DNA of 64,000 nucleotides. Origin: Candidatus Latescibacterota bacterium. GTDB lineage: Bacteria > Latescibacterota > UBA2968 > GCA-2709665. The position numbers and the translations under genes are program-made. The notes beneath the pieces were generated by a model that did no database searches, had not been told where the DNA came from, and saw only the letters and a program-made list of their open reading frames with translations. Positions 1-10,600 of this stretch are shown piece by piece (the stretch's first letter is position 1; each line of letters begins with the position of its first letter). The stretch is taken from positions 1,536,001 through 1,600,000 of the forward strand of contig OZ252100.1 of the NCBI GenBank assembly GCA_965248435.1. Direction: 5' to 3'.

Positions 1-848
1 TGGGTCAGTGTCTGCTTCATCAGCTCACCCTTTGCCGCGGTGGGGGCCATGGTCGCATCTGTCTCGTCCCCATTAACACTTGCATCTGGGAAGACGTGGC
101 CCAGGCCGATAAAGTGACCAACCTCGTGTGCCCCGATGGCCTGAACGTCGAAACCGATCCCGCAGGTAAAACTTTCACTAGTGATCTCAGGATTCACGGC
201 CCACTCCCGGGACAAGTTGTAGACAATATCAGCCTCATCAATCTTACCGCCCGTCTCCCAGATGTAGGTCGCAGCCAGGGTCCTTTTCGCGCCCTTTCCA
301 ACGATCTGCCGCCATCCTACAACATTCAACCCATCGCCAACCCCTGCAAGAGATGCGTTGGCATTCTCGGTAAGCGTAACCCCAACGTCCCAGTCTTCAA
401 ATGCTCGACGTACGGCGTTTCTGGCTTGGGGGACTGCGTCTGGCTCAAAGGTTGAATTATAAATTGCGGATAGCGATGTGCCTGCTGGCCACAACAAACC
501 CAACGTTTCGTGGTGCTCATTCGTATTTGGGTCTTCACAGGTCTCATCACCTCCATCATCGTCTTTAGGTGGTTTTCCCTTGCCACCACCACCCCCGCCT
601 CCTCCAGCTCCACCCTTGCCTCCCTTTTCATAGAACACAAACACGGTGAGCGTCTCGCTCCCCTTTCCTGTTGCTACCCGGAACTGAGGCTTCACCTCTA
701 TGCCCGGAGGTGTGGCAGCCCGTTTTGTGAGGCCCTGGCCCGTCTCGTTGCTAGTGGGACTAAACAGACCAGCGTTTTCACTGCAGCCCGCCCAGATCAA
801 GGCCAGCAGCAGCACGCCGACGAGGGAAGTCAAGGTGGATCGATTCAT
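1..848 (-). CDS. Matrixin/M10-like metzincin zinc metalloprotease, lipoprotein (3' end runs off the window; absent from the ORF track)
   Basis: Manual translation from ATG at 848: MNRSTLTSLVGVLLLALIWAGC (lipobox-like), Gly-rich linker, then HEVGHFIGLGH (HExxHxxGxxH) and Met-turn-like DATM; GGAGG SD upstream. Confidence 0.85.
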   Translation of the reverse strand, partial: MNRSTLTSLVGVLLLALIWAGCSENAGLFSPTSNETGQGLTKRAATPPGIEVKPQFRVATGKGSETLTVFVFYEKGGKGGAGGGGGGGGKGKPPKDDDGGDETCEDPNTNEHHETLGLLWPAGTSLSAIYNSTFEPDAVPQARNAVRRAFEDWDVGVTLTENANASLAGVGDGLNVVGWRQIVGKGAKRTLAATYIWETGGKIDEADIVYNLSREWAVNPEITSESFTCGIGFDVQAIGAHEVGHFIGLGHVFPDASVNGDETDATMAPTAAKGELMKQTLT

Positions 849-1086
849 AGCTCTGCCTCCTCCAACTGAAAGTTGACCAAATGACTGTGCTTCCTAACTT
901 TGTTTCCCAATGAACCGGGGGTCTGATATCGGCCAACATTGAGCAATATCTGAGCCTTTAAATATAAGAATTACAGCTACCGATTTCAATTGGTAAGGCA
1001 GCTAATGTAAAGTGCAAGCTCTTCTTATTTGAGGGGATCCTGAAGGAGGGGATCTGCAACAGGAGATTTGAAGTGAAGCCTTTATA

Positions 1087-1099
1087 AATCAACGACTTA
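1087..1099 (+). promoter_or_regulatory. Possible IHF-binding site
   Basis: AATCAACGACTTA matches WATCAANNNNTTR in an AT-rich intergenic region. Confidence 0.35.
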
Positions 1100-1141
1100 G
1101 GATAGTTTTCCGTTATCCCGTGAAGAGGGCAATCGACGGCT

Positions 1142-1504
1142 CTAGGTCAGATATACCTTAGCCGCCACATCCAGACATTCTTCAATCGTTCCTTCTCGAA
1201 GGTCTCTGTGGTTGGTATACTTCTGGATGTCCCCTTTGTAGATGAGAAATTTCCACTTGTTCGGACCCAAAAATTCCAGCCTGGCCAGCCTGGCAACACC
1301 CCTCACCGTCCCCATCTTGAACACCCTTCCGACGAGGCCCTCCTTGGCCTCCTTGACCACCTCCAGGAAGAGGGCGTTGCCCTTGAAATGCGCGCGAATC
1401 TCCTTCACGCCGCGCTTCCCGATGTAGCGCTTCTTCGCGTGAGCCTGCAGACGGCTCAGGGCCAGCTTTTGGTTTTCTGGAGAGGGTATCTTCACGGGCG
1501 ACAT
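1142..1504 (-). CDS. Small basic hypothetical protein (~120 aa)
   Basis: Start trimmed to MSPVKIP because the upstream part of the track ORF overlaps the giant gene; plausible globular sequence ending GTIEECLDVAAKVYLT. Confidence 0.7.
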   Translation of the reverse strand: MSPVKIPSPENQKLALSRLQAHAKKRYIGKRGVKEIRAHFKGNALFLEVVKEAKEGLVGRVFKMGTVRGVARLARLEFLGPNKWKFLIYKGDIQKYTNHRDLREGTIEECLDVAAKVYLT

Positions 1505-1568
1505 GTCAGAAATCTCAGTGAATTGCGAGTGAGAAGGGACTCCTTTCACTCGTTCTACATTGTAGTAG

Positions 1569-1607
1569 ACCGCCCGGCGCTTTCCCTTCGGAAGTCCGCC
1601 GGGCGGT
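1569..1607 (-). terminator. GC-rich hairpin downstream of the giant gene
   Basis: ACCGCCCGGCG...CGCCGGGCGGT inverted repeat ~30 nt after the stop; no clear U-tract. Confidence 0.4.
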
Positions 1608-1635
1608 CCCGTGCCCCTCTGCTTCTCCTTTATGG

Positions 1636-4600
1636 TTACTTCAGCAGCAGCATCTTTCTGATGTCCATGAACCCTTCGGCGACCATCTGTGTGAAGTAGA
1701 TCCCGCTCGACACGGGCCGCCCGAACGCGTCGGTGCCGTCCCACCTCGCGCGATAGAAACCCGCTTCCTTTCGGCCCTGCTCCAGCACGCGAACCTCCTG
1801 ACCCAGAACATTGTAGATCCGGAGTGTCACGTCCGAGGCTTCAGGAATCTGATACACGATCTGCGTCTCGGGGTTGAACGGATTCGGGAAATTCTGGTTG
1901 AGCGCATAGTCCTGCGGAAGCGCCCGCACCTCGGCCAGATGACTCCCAAGAATCGTGCGGATCTGGCCCCAGCCATCCGAGATCAAGGCCTCGGCGATCT
2001 CCACGCGACCCCCTACAGTTTCCTCCAGCACACGGAACTTCAGGCGAACCAGGTCGCCTTCACCCCGCAGGCGGCCTTCCGCAGCGAAGATGTCGGAAAG
2101 GACGACCTCGCCGCTTCTGGATGCATCCTCGATGGCCACCCCTGCCGGACCCGATTCATTCGCGAATCGGGACACGGACTGACTCTCCGCGCCCAGCCAG
2201 GCCATTGCAGAAGGATCATAGTTCACCTTCAGATTGAACCCGCCCACCTCGTCCACCTGGTTCAGGCGAACCAGGAGGTCCACTTCCCCGGACTTCTGAC
2301 TTTGTACCGGTACCAGGTCGAGCTCGGCCTTCCCGTTTGGATTCCGAACCGGGGGGAGAACCGGTTTCGTCAACACGATGTCCACAACTTTCTTGTTAAA
2401 GTTTATGGAGAACGCGACAAAGTCCAGGAAAGAGACGGTCCCGTCCCCGTCCAAATCTGCATCCACGTTGTAGAGGGGGTCCCCCTCGGACTTCAGGAAG
2501 GAGATCCCGAGGGCGACAAAGTCCAGGAACCCGACCAATCCGTCCCCGTCGATATCTCCAACCCGCACTGCCGCAGTGCCGCCGAAGGTCACCGTCTGAC
2601 CCCCCGCCCCAATCTCCTGTTCGAATTCCTCGAGGGATGCGGTTGCGAAGGACGCAGAGACGAGCACAACGCTGGCCACGCCATCTTTCAGCGCGGTGAA
2701 CGTGGCCTGGCCGATGCTACCTGCATCTCTTTCCACAAGCCCGCCCGTGTGGGCCACACTGATCTGTAGGGTCCCCTCACCTTTCGCGGCGATCACCAGC
2801 GCGCCGGAAAACAGGTCCGACTCCTCAAAATCGTCGAACGCGACGGCGTCCACCCCGTAGTTGAGCACGAGATTTACGCCGGCGAAATCCTGGGCCCCGG
2901 AAACCGCAACCACATCCACGACCAGTTTTTCGTCAATGGTTGCCTCGGCTGTCCTGAACCGAACACCGCCATCCCCGGTCGCCAGATCCAGGTCCAGCGC
3001 GATCGGGCCTGCAGCTGCACCCGATACACCGGCACCCGGAATCACGGCCACTTCAACCGTCGCGGTTTGAGCGCCCGAGGCACTCGCAGAGACCGTGGCA
3101 GACCCTGCCGTGTCGCTCGTCAGCTCCGTCGTCGCCACGCCGTTCGTGACCGTTACCTCCTCATCAGACAGCACGCCAACGCCATCAACACTGAACGTTA
3201 CGACGGTGGCGTTGTCATCATCCTGAAGATTGCCCTCCAGGTCCAGGATCTGCGCCTCGACCGTGGAAGCGTCCTCGCCGTCGTCTGTAACGATACTCGG
3301 GTCCGCCGTCAGACCGATCGAGCCCGTCAATGCCTCGACGCTGACCGTTCCGATGGCATCGGAGGTCGCCTCGTCCAGGTTCAGGTTGAAAGTCCCCTCG
3401 ATCGTCAATTCCGTCGTGCCCGTCGTGAAGCTTTCCAACACGACAAAATTCAGGACGCCGAGCAGACCCCCACCTGTGACGACAACATCGTCGTCGGGGT
3501 CCAAGATGGCTCCGGTGAGATGCCCCTTTCCTTCTTCACCGACTCGGTTGAGAAACGCGCCGAAACCGTCGTTTAGCGTCAGGATGTTATCGCCTTCCTC
3601 ATCACTCTCCGGTTCAGGATCGTCCTCGAGTGCGAGGAACTGAGAATCGTATCCGATCGTGACATCAAACGCAGTCAGGGCTGTTGCCCCTTCCACGTAT
3701 ACAGCTACGGAGAACTGGTCGCCTGGACTCAAATCTGCAACCGTGTCACCACCATCGCCCGCCCCCGAATCGAAGTCGAACGAGAGGGTCGCCCCCTCGT
3801 TCCCACCCGTCTCGCCTGCAACCGGTGCTTCGGGCACGAATACTTCGATTGTCAGATCGGTTATCTCTTCACCGGGCTCAATAGCAAACAGGTCAGGTTT
3901 TCCGTCGCCATCCTCATCCACCGTACCGTAGACCTTTCGACCGTCATCCAGGGTCAGCTCTGCGAACAGCCCGAACTCCACTCCTGGGATGTTCTCGAAT
4001 CCGAAACTACCGTCACTTCGGATCCTGGACTCAGCGATGAGGCGCTCCTCGGCCGGAATCCCGAGTATCACCTTGCCTTTCGGATCGAGCCCATCGGAGC
4101 GAACGACAAGCCCCCCAACGATCCCGCCGCCAAACTCGGAGCGGGTGCTGATCGGGATCTCAAAAAGGTCGAACAGTTCAGCCCCTGAGACGCCTCTCGC
4201 ATAGTGGATAATAACGACGTAATCCGTGTCCGCCTGCAGCCTGACATCGGTTTCGACCCGCCTTGGGTCCTGGCTGGACCTTTGGAGGTCAAAATTCCGG
4301 ATGTGGGGCCTGATCTCGGCCTTCAGCACGGGCGTGCCGCGGTGCTGAGCCAGCGGCTCGGAGAACTGGACGGAGAGCGTCGTCACACCGGCAGGCAGGT
4401 TGGTCTGACCGGGGAACGGCCGGGTCGCCGTCACCCGCAGCTCGGACACCACACGAATTTCGATATCCGTAATCTCTACTCCGTCGCCAACCACGAGTTC
4501 CAGGGGTTCCCCGTTGTCATCTTGGTAGGTTCCCACCAGACCCTGTTCTACGCCATCGGGTCCCTCTTCGATAAAGACGAACCCTTCCACGATGTAGGTC

Positions 4601-7600
4601 CCTGCAGACACAGGCATCTCGAAATCACCCGACTGTGTCACATCGAAGGCGACACCAAGCCGTTCAGGTTCGTCCCCTTCCAGATCTCCCAGTTCGAGCT
4701 CAGCCGGCAACATGTAGACAAAACCGGCCCCATTCCGGAGGACCGGATCCAGCTGTGCATTGGGTGGGAAAACGAAACTCCCGGCTACAGTGGAAGTAGG
4801 CGGCTCCCCCGTGGAAAATCGACTCTTGAAGATCTCGTTCAGCCGGAAGCCGTCCACGTCTCCGGCATCCGGGATGACCACCAGGTAGGACTGATCTGGC
4901 CTCAGCTCAACGTCGACGGAAATAGTGAGATGATCATCACTGATCCGCGGCCGGCCGAAATCCGTCCCGCCATTCTCATCACCCTGTAGTGCGCGGGTGA
5001 TCTTCCCCGCAATTTCGGTGAATCCCTCCGGAATCGGCAGGATAAAGAGCTCGGCATCCACCTCATCGCCATCCGTATTCAGTTCCCGGTTGAAGGTCAC
5101 GGAAATCGTTGTCACGGTGCCGACGTTAGTCGCCCCGTCCTCTGGATCTATCGATTCCACCAAGAGCGACGGAAGCGCGTCCGACGTCGTGAAGGTGGCG
5201 AAAAAGAATGCCCCACTCTCCAGTGCGATCTCACCGTCGTAGACATCGTCCGCTGAGAGCGTCATCTCCAGCACGAGATTCCCATCCGCGTCGACGCTTT
5301 TCTGCACCTCCACGTCTGTATCGGTCTCCTGGCTGTAGACAAAGACCTCCACCGCGTCCAGTGCGATCTCCGAAAGCGGTACGTTGAACGTCACCCGTGC
5401 CTCGGCAGCCAGCGGGACGCCAACCGCCCCGGCGACCGGTACCTCTTCTCCGTTGATCAGGAACACTGCGGATAGGATCTCCTCAGGCGCACGTTCGCCC
5501 GGTTCCCTGACGACGTCCACTCTGCGGGCGGCTATGCCAAAGCGCGTCTCGGTCGGGATCACTCGCACATCCGAGCCTGGCTGGACTTCGGTTTCATTTC
5601 CATCCCGATCGAAGTACTCAGTCCCCTCGAATAGCGCAAGGCTTACTGCGCCGAAAATCAGCCGTTCGTTGAAGTTGATGTCGGCGATCTGTCCGACGAA
5701 CAGATCTGGCTCCGGCGGCGGTGCCGGCTCCCCGGGCCGCAGCACGCGAATCCCTTCAGCGATGAGGCCGCGCTGCCCCATCTCCTCCGTCTCCCTGAAC
5801 AAGATGATAACAGACAAGCCTGGATGGAGATCCAGCGGCGAAATCCGTCGACCAGAGGAGTCCTCTACGCGTGTCTCGAACTCGTTGAAACGGAAACCCG
5901 CAGCGGCCAGACTCATCCGACCTGGACGGTCGGCCTCGGGCAGCTGGATGGAGATCACCCGGCCGAATATGCTGCGCGGTCCCTCGAACTCGATGACTTG
6001 CAGTTCGAACAGGGAAATCGACCCGTCATCGAAGACCGTCCCCCACGCGTTGACCCGCGAACCTGGGTTAAACTCCTGCAGATCGATCTCCTCGCCTTCC
6101 CGATCAAAGATTGTCGCATCGGAAACGTCGATCCTAAAGGGGCCTTCTGGCGTCCTTACGAAGACGAAACCGTTTTCACGGTCGACCTCCGCAATCACAA
6201 TACCTTCCTCATGAAATTCCTCGACCTCGAAGCGGAGCTTTTCCAGCGGGATCTCGAGGCCCGAAATGCTCTGGCCTGACACTTCGATGACATCAGGAAT
6301 CCCGTCGCCGTCCTCGTCAGGAAAGCCTATAAAAGATGTGATATCCCTAACATCTACGACGAAGAGGAAATACTCCCCGTCCGGAACGAACGGAACCTCG
6401 AACGAGGACGTCTCGTCGACCTGGACCACCCGGACGAAGGAATTCACGATGACTTCCAGATCCGCCCCCTCATCATCGCTGAACTCGTCGTCGAATTCAT
6501 CCTGCTTGGCCGCGACCTGTTTGGCCGCCCGGGCAACCGCCGCTTTGGTGGCCGGCTTGAATAGCCCACCTACAGCATCGAGGAAATCGAGATTCAGAAG
6601 CCCAACCAGCGTGAAGGGGCCCAGGTTACGCCCGTCTGGATGAAAGGCGGACCCGGACAGCGTGACGTCCTGAAGGTCTGTTGTCCCGAAAAAGAACTGA
6701 CTGAGATCACCCAAATTTTCGACGTCGGGATCTCCAACGAATGCCTGGTAGGTGGTCTCCTCCGGAAGATCGAACGTGGCCGTCAGTGTGGTCTCGTCGT
6801 CTCCGACCTGGAGGTCCAAGATGTCTTCCTCGAGGACCAGGGGCGGAAACGACTGGAATTCGACGTTCTCGGGCTCGCCACCGAAAACCTCTACAGGTTC
6901 GTTGAAGACGAGCTCCGCGTCATTCAGCCCCGGCGCCAACGGCGGATTTGCGACGTCCTCATCCAGCACCTGTCCGCCCAGCGTGAATGAAACGACCTGG
7001 ATGGGCACCAGCGCGCGCTCGAATCGTTCAATCGTTTCGGCTGTGGGCAGATCGTCCTTGGGCTCCCGCGGACCGGGTGTCACCCTCACGATGTCTTTCG
7101 GGATGAGGTCTTCGAGAGCGATCTCGATCCCATCTTCGGTTGCGCCCGTCCCGTCCGTCAGCCGGAAACAGAGGCCCGCCAGTCGAATGCTGCCTTCGCG
7201 GACGTTGACTTCCTCAACAATCCCGAGCAGAACGTCGGGCGGTACTTCGCCCAACTCATCGGCGTGTATGACGCGGATGCGATGCGCGACGGGCGGCTCT
7301 CCTTCGTGCCGGAACTCGACGTCGATCGCCACCGGCGTTCCCCTTGAAAGCTCCGCCCTTTGCTCTGCATCCCTGACCGGTAAGACGAACCCGTCTCCGA
7401 ACTCCACAGGGATCTCTGGATGTTCGAGTCGGATAACCGGTCCCCTGATGCAGATGAACGATTCGTCAAAGCTGATCTCGCTGATCGCACCCACAGGGCC
7501 CTGGCCCGGGGGCCGCTCATCCCCTTGGAAGATCACCACCTTATCTGCCTCGATGACTCCATCCGCGTTCCGCCCCCCAAACACATCCACGTGATCATCC

Positions 7601-10600
7601 ACCTGCAACGCGTCAAATCCCACAAACTCCTCGTCGAAAAACGGCTCGTCAAACTCCCCATCCGCCTGCTTGGTAACGGCCGTGGGATCGTCAGAGCCAT
7701 CCTCACCGTTCGGCCCTGGCCGGCGGATCACGAACTCTGTGTGACCCAGCACCAGCACCGTCTCGATCAGGTCAGGAGCCGCCTCCACCTCGAACAAGCT
7801 GGCGTCGAAATCGATGTGCGCCACCCGGCCCGCCACCACGGGATGCGGCTGCTCTTCTCCTCGGAAGATCACCACCTTATCCGCCTCGATGACCCCGTCC
7901 GCGTTCCGCTCTCCGAACACCTCCACGTGATCTTCCACCTGCAGCGCGTCAAATCCTACAAACTCATCCTGAAACGGCTCCTCAGACTCCCCATCCGCCT
8001 GCTTGGTAACGGCCGTGGGATCGTCAGAGCCATCCTCACCGTTTGGCCCCGACCGGCGGATCACGAACTCCGTGTGGTCCAGCACCAGCACCGTCTCGAT
8101 CAACTCAGGACCCGCCTCCACCTCGAACAAGTCGGCCTCGAAATCGATGTGTACCACCCTGCCCGCTACCTCAGGCCGATCCCCGCGCGTGATCGCGACG
8201 AAACGCGCCTCGATTACCCCGTCCGCGTTCCGCTCTCCGAACACCTCCACGTGGTCGTTCACCTGCAGCGCGTCAAACCCCACAAACTCGTCGTGAAACG
8301 GCTCCTCCCCGTCTACCTGCTTCGTAAGCGGAGGATTGTCGTCAATGCCATTCTCCGGATGAGGCCCTGGCTGCCTGATCACGAACTCTGTGTGGTCCAG
8401 CACCAGCACCGTCTCGAACAGCTCCGGGCCCACCTCCACCTCGAACGAACTCCCTTCGAAATCGATGTGCGTCACCCGTCCCCCCACTGCAGGCTCCTCC
8501 CCACGGAAGATCACGACCTTGTCCGCCTCGATGACCCCGTCCGCGTTCCGCTCTCCGAACACATCCACGTGATCTTCCACCTGCAGCGCGTCAAATCCTA
8601 CAAACTCCTCGTCGAAAAACGGCTCCTCAGACTCCCCATCCGCCTGCTTGGTAACGGCCGTGGGATCGTCAGAGCCATCCTCACCGTTTGGCCCCGACCG
8701 GCGGATCACGAACTCCGTGTGGTCCAGCACCAGCACCGTCTCGATCAACCCCTCATCCGATTCAATGTCGAACGACCCGCCTTCGAAATCGATGTGTACC
8801 ACACGGCCGAATGCAACCGGCGCCACGTGCAGCCGCTCGATCCTCACGGCTGTCTCCAGATCACCCGCAACAGGACCGCCGTCGTACGTAACCAGGACCT
8901 CGTCACCGAGGTTCAGGGCATCCAGAGGTAGCGGCAGGCCCCCCTCGACCACCTCTGTTCCATCTGTCAGCAGAAAGCACCTGCCAGCAAACTGTACCTC
9001 GCCTACGCCCAGCTCCGCCCCGTCGATGCGGCCGACGATTGTGTTCTCGCGCGGCTCTGCTTCCGATTCTTCATTCAGCACTCGGATGTGCAGTGCAACC
9101 GGTGGACCTCCCTCCAGGAACGCGATCTCGACCTCCACGGGCGTATCCGAGCCAATCAGGCCGCTCGCCGCCGCGTCCAGAACGGGCATCTCGGTCCCGT
9201 CAGGAAGCAGGACGGGGAGATCCTCACGATCGATCTTGAACAGCGGCCCTTCGATGCAGAAGAGATCGTTTTCCGGCTCGATCAGGCCCACAGGACCGCG
9301 ATCGTGAAAGGGCTCGGGAGGGGGCGCGACTTCGACGCGCTCGATCTTCAGGGCCGTGGGCCTGTCGTCGCCGGCCAGCGGTGGGCCCGAAGTCACGATC
9401 ACGATATCTTTCTCGTTGAGATCGTCGAGGGAGATGAAAACTTCTCCTTCCACGACTTCGGATTCGCTCGTCAAAAGGAAGCACTCGTCCGCCAGGAAGA
9501 CCTCGCCGATTTCGATCACGGCCTGCTCGACCACACCCACCATCTGGCCTTCCACCGGACCGACGCCCGCAGCCTCATCCAGCACCCGGATGTGCGTCGC
9601 GACGGGCGGCCCGAAATCCACGTGCACGAAATCCACCCCGATTAGGGTGCCCGGCGGGACGAGACCGCTGGCGCGAGCTTCCGCCACCGTCAGCACGCTC
9701 CCGTCAGGGAACTCGACCGTCAGATCATCGCTTTCGATCTGGAAAGACGGCCCCGCGATACAGAGGACCTCCGCAGCCACGTCGATGCTGGCTACGGGTA
9801 CCGGCCCGACCGGCTGCGGCTCTCCAGGCCCCTGTGTGTTGAAGAGGATCTCTGCGTGCGAAAGATCCAGGTCATTCCGAAGCTGCGTACCCGCTTCCAT
9901 CACGGTGGCGAATTCGACGCCGACTCGCGTGGGAATGTCCGTCATGTCCGATGTGGTTTCGAATTCCACAGTACCCAGGAAGCCGCTCTCACCCAGGTCA
10001 AGACCCCCTGCAAACGCAACAGCGAGACCGAAGTCGTTCGTGGCCTTAACGGCGGTTCCCCCCGCTTCGATAAAGTCTCTCACCCTCAAAAGAGAAGGGT
10101 CCACCTCCAACCGGATCCTCGCACCATCGATAGATGTCTGAAGCGGTTCGATGAACACCTCGACAGAGAAGATACTTCCAACAGGGCCCACAAAACCGTT
10201 TGTGAGGCCGTCGTTGAGGCCATTGCCCACGTCCGCATCGAAGGACAAAATCGCTCCTGCATTTGGGCCGATACCGTCCGGCGGTCTTTCCAGATTCAAC
10301 TGATCTACACTCAGGTTGAAATTGCGCGCAAAGATCAGCAGGTCATCAATTCCGACCTGCCCGTCCCCGTCAAAATCCAGACCGTCATCGAAGTCTGGTT
10401 CCCCAGCGTTCGCCAGCCTTGCCCTGTTGGCAATCTCGAGCAAGTCGAAAAAATCAACATTTCCGTTTCCATCCAGGTCCGGACTGGGGCCCGTAGGCTC
10501 GGGTGGCGGAGGAACACTGTTGGCGTCCCCAGGAAGGAACACCTGGACACCCGCCTCGGCGGTGCCGTCGCCGTCCGGATCGCCCAGCTCCTCGCCGTTC

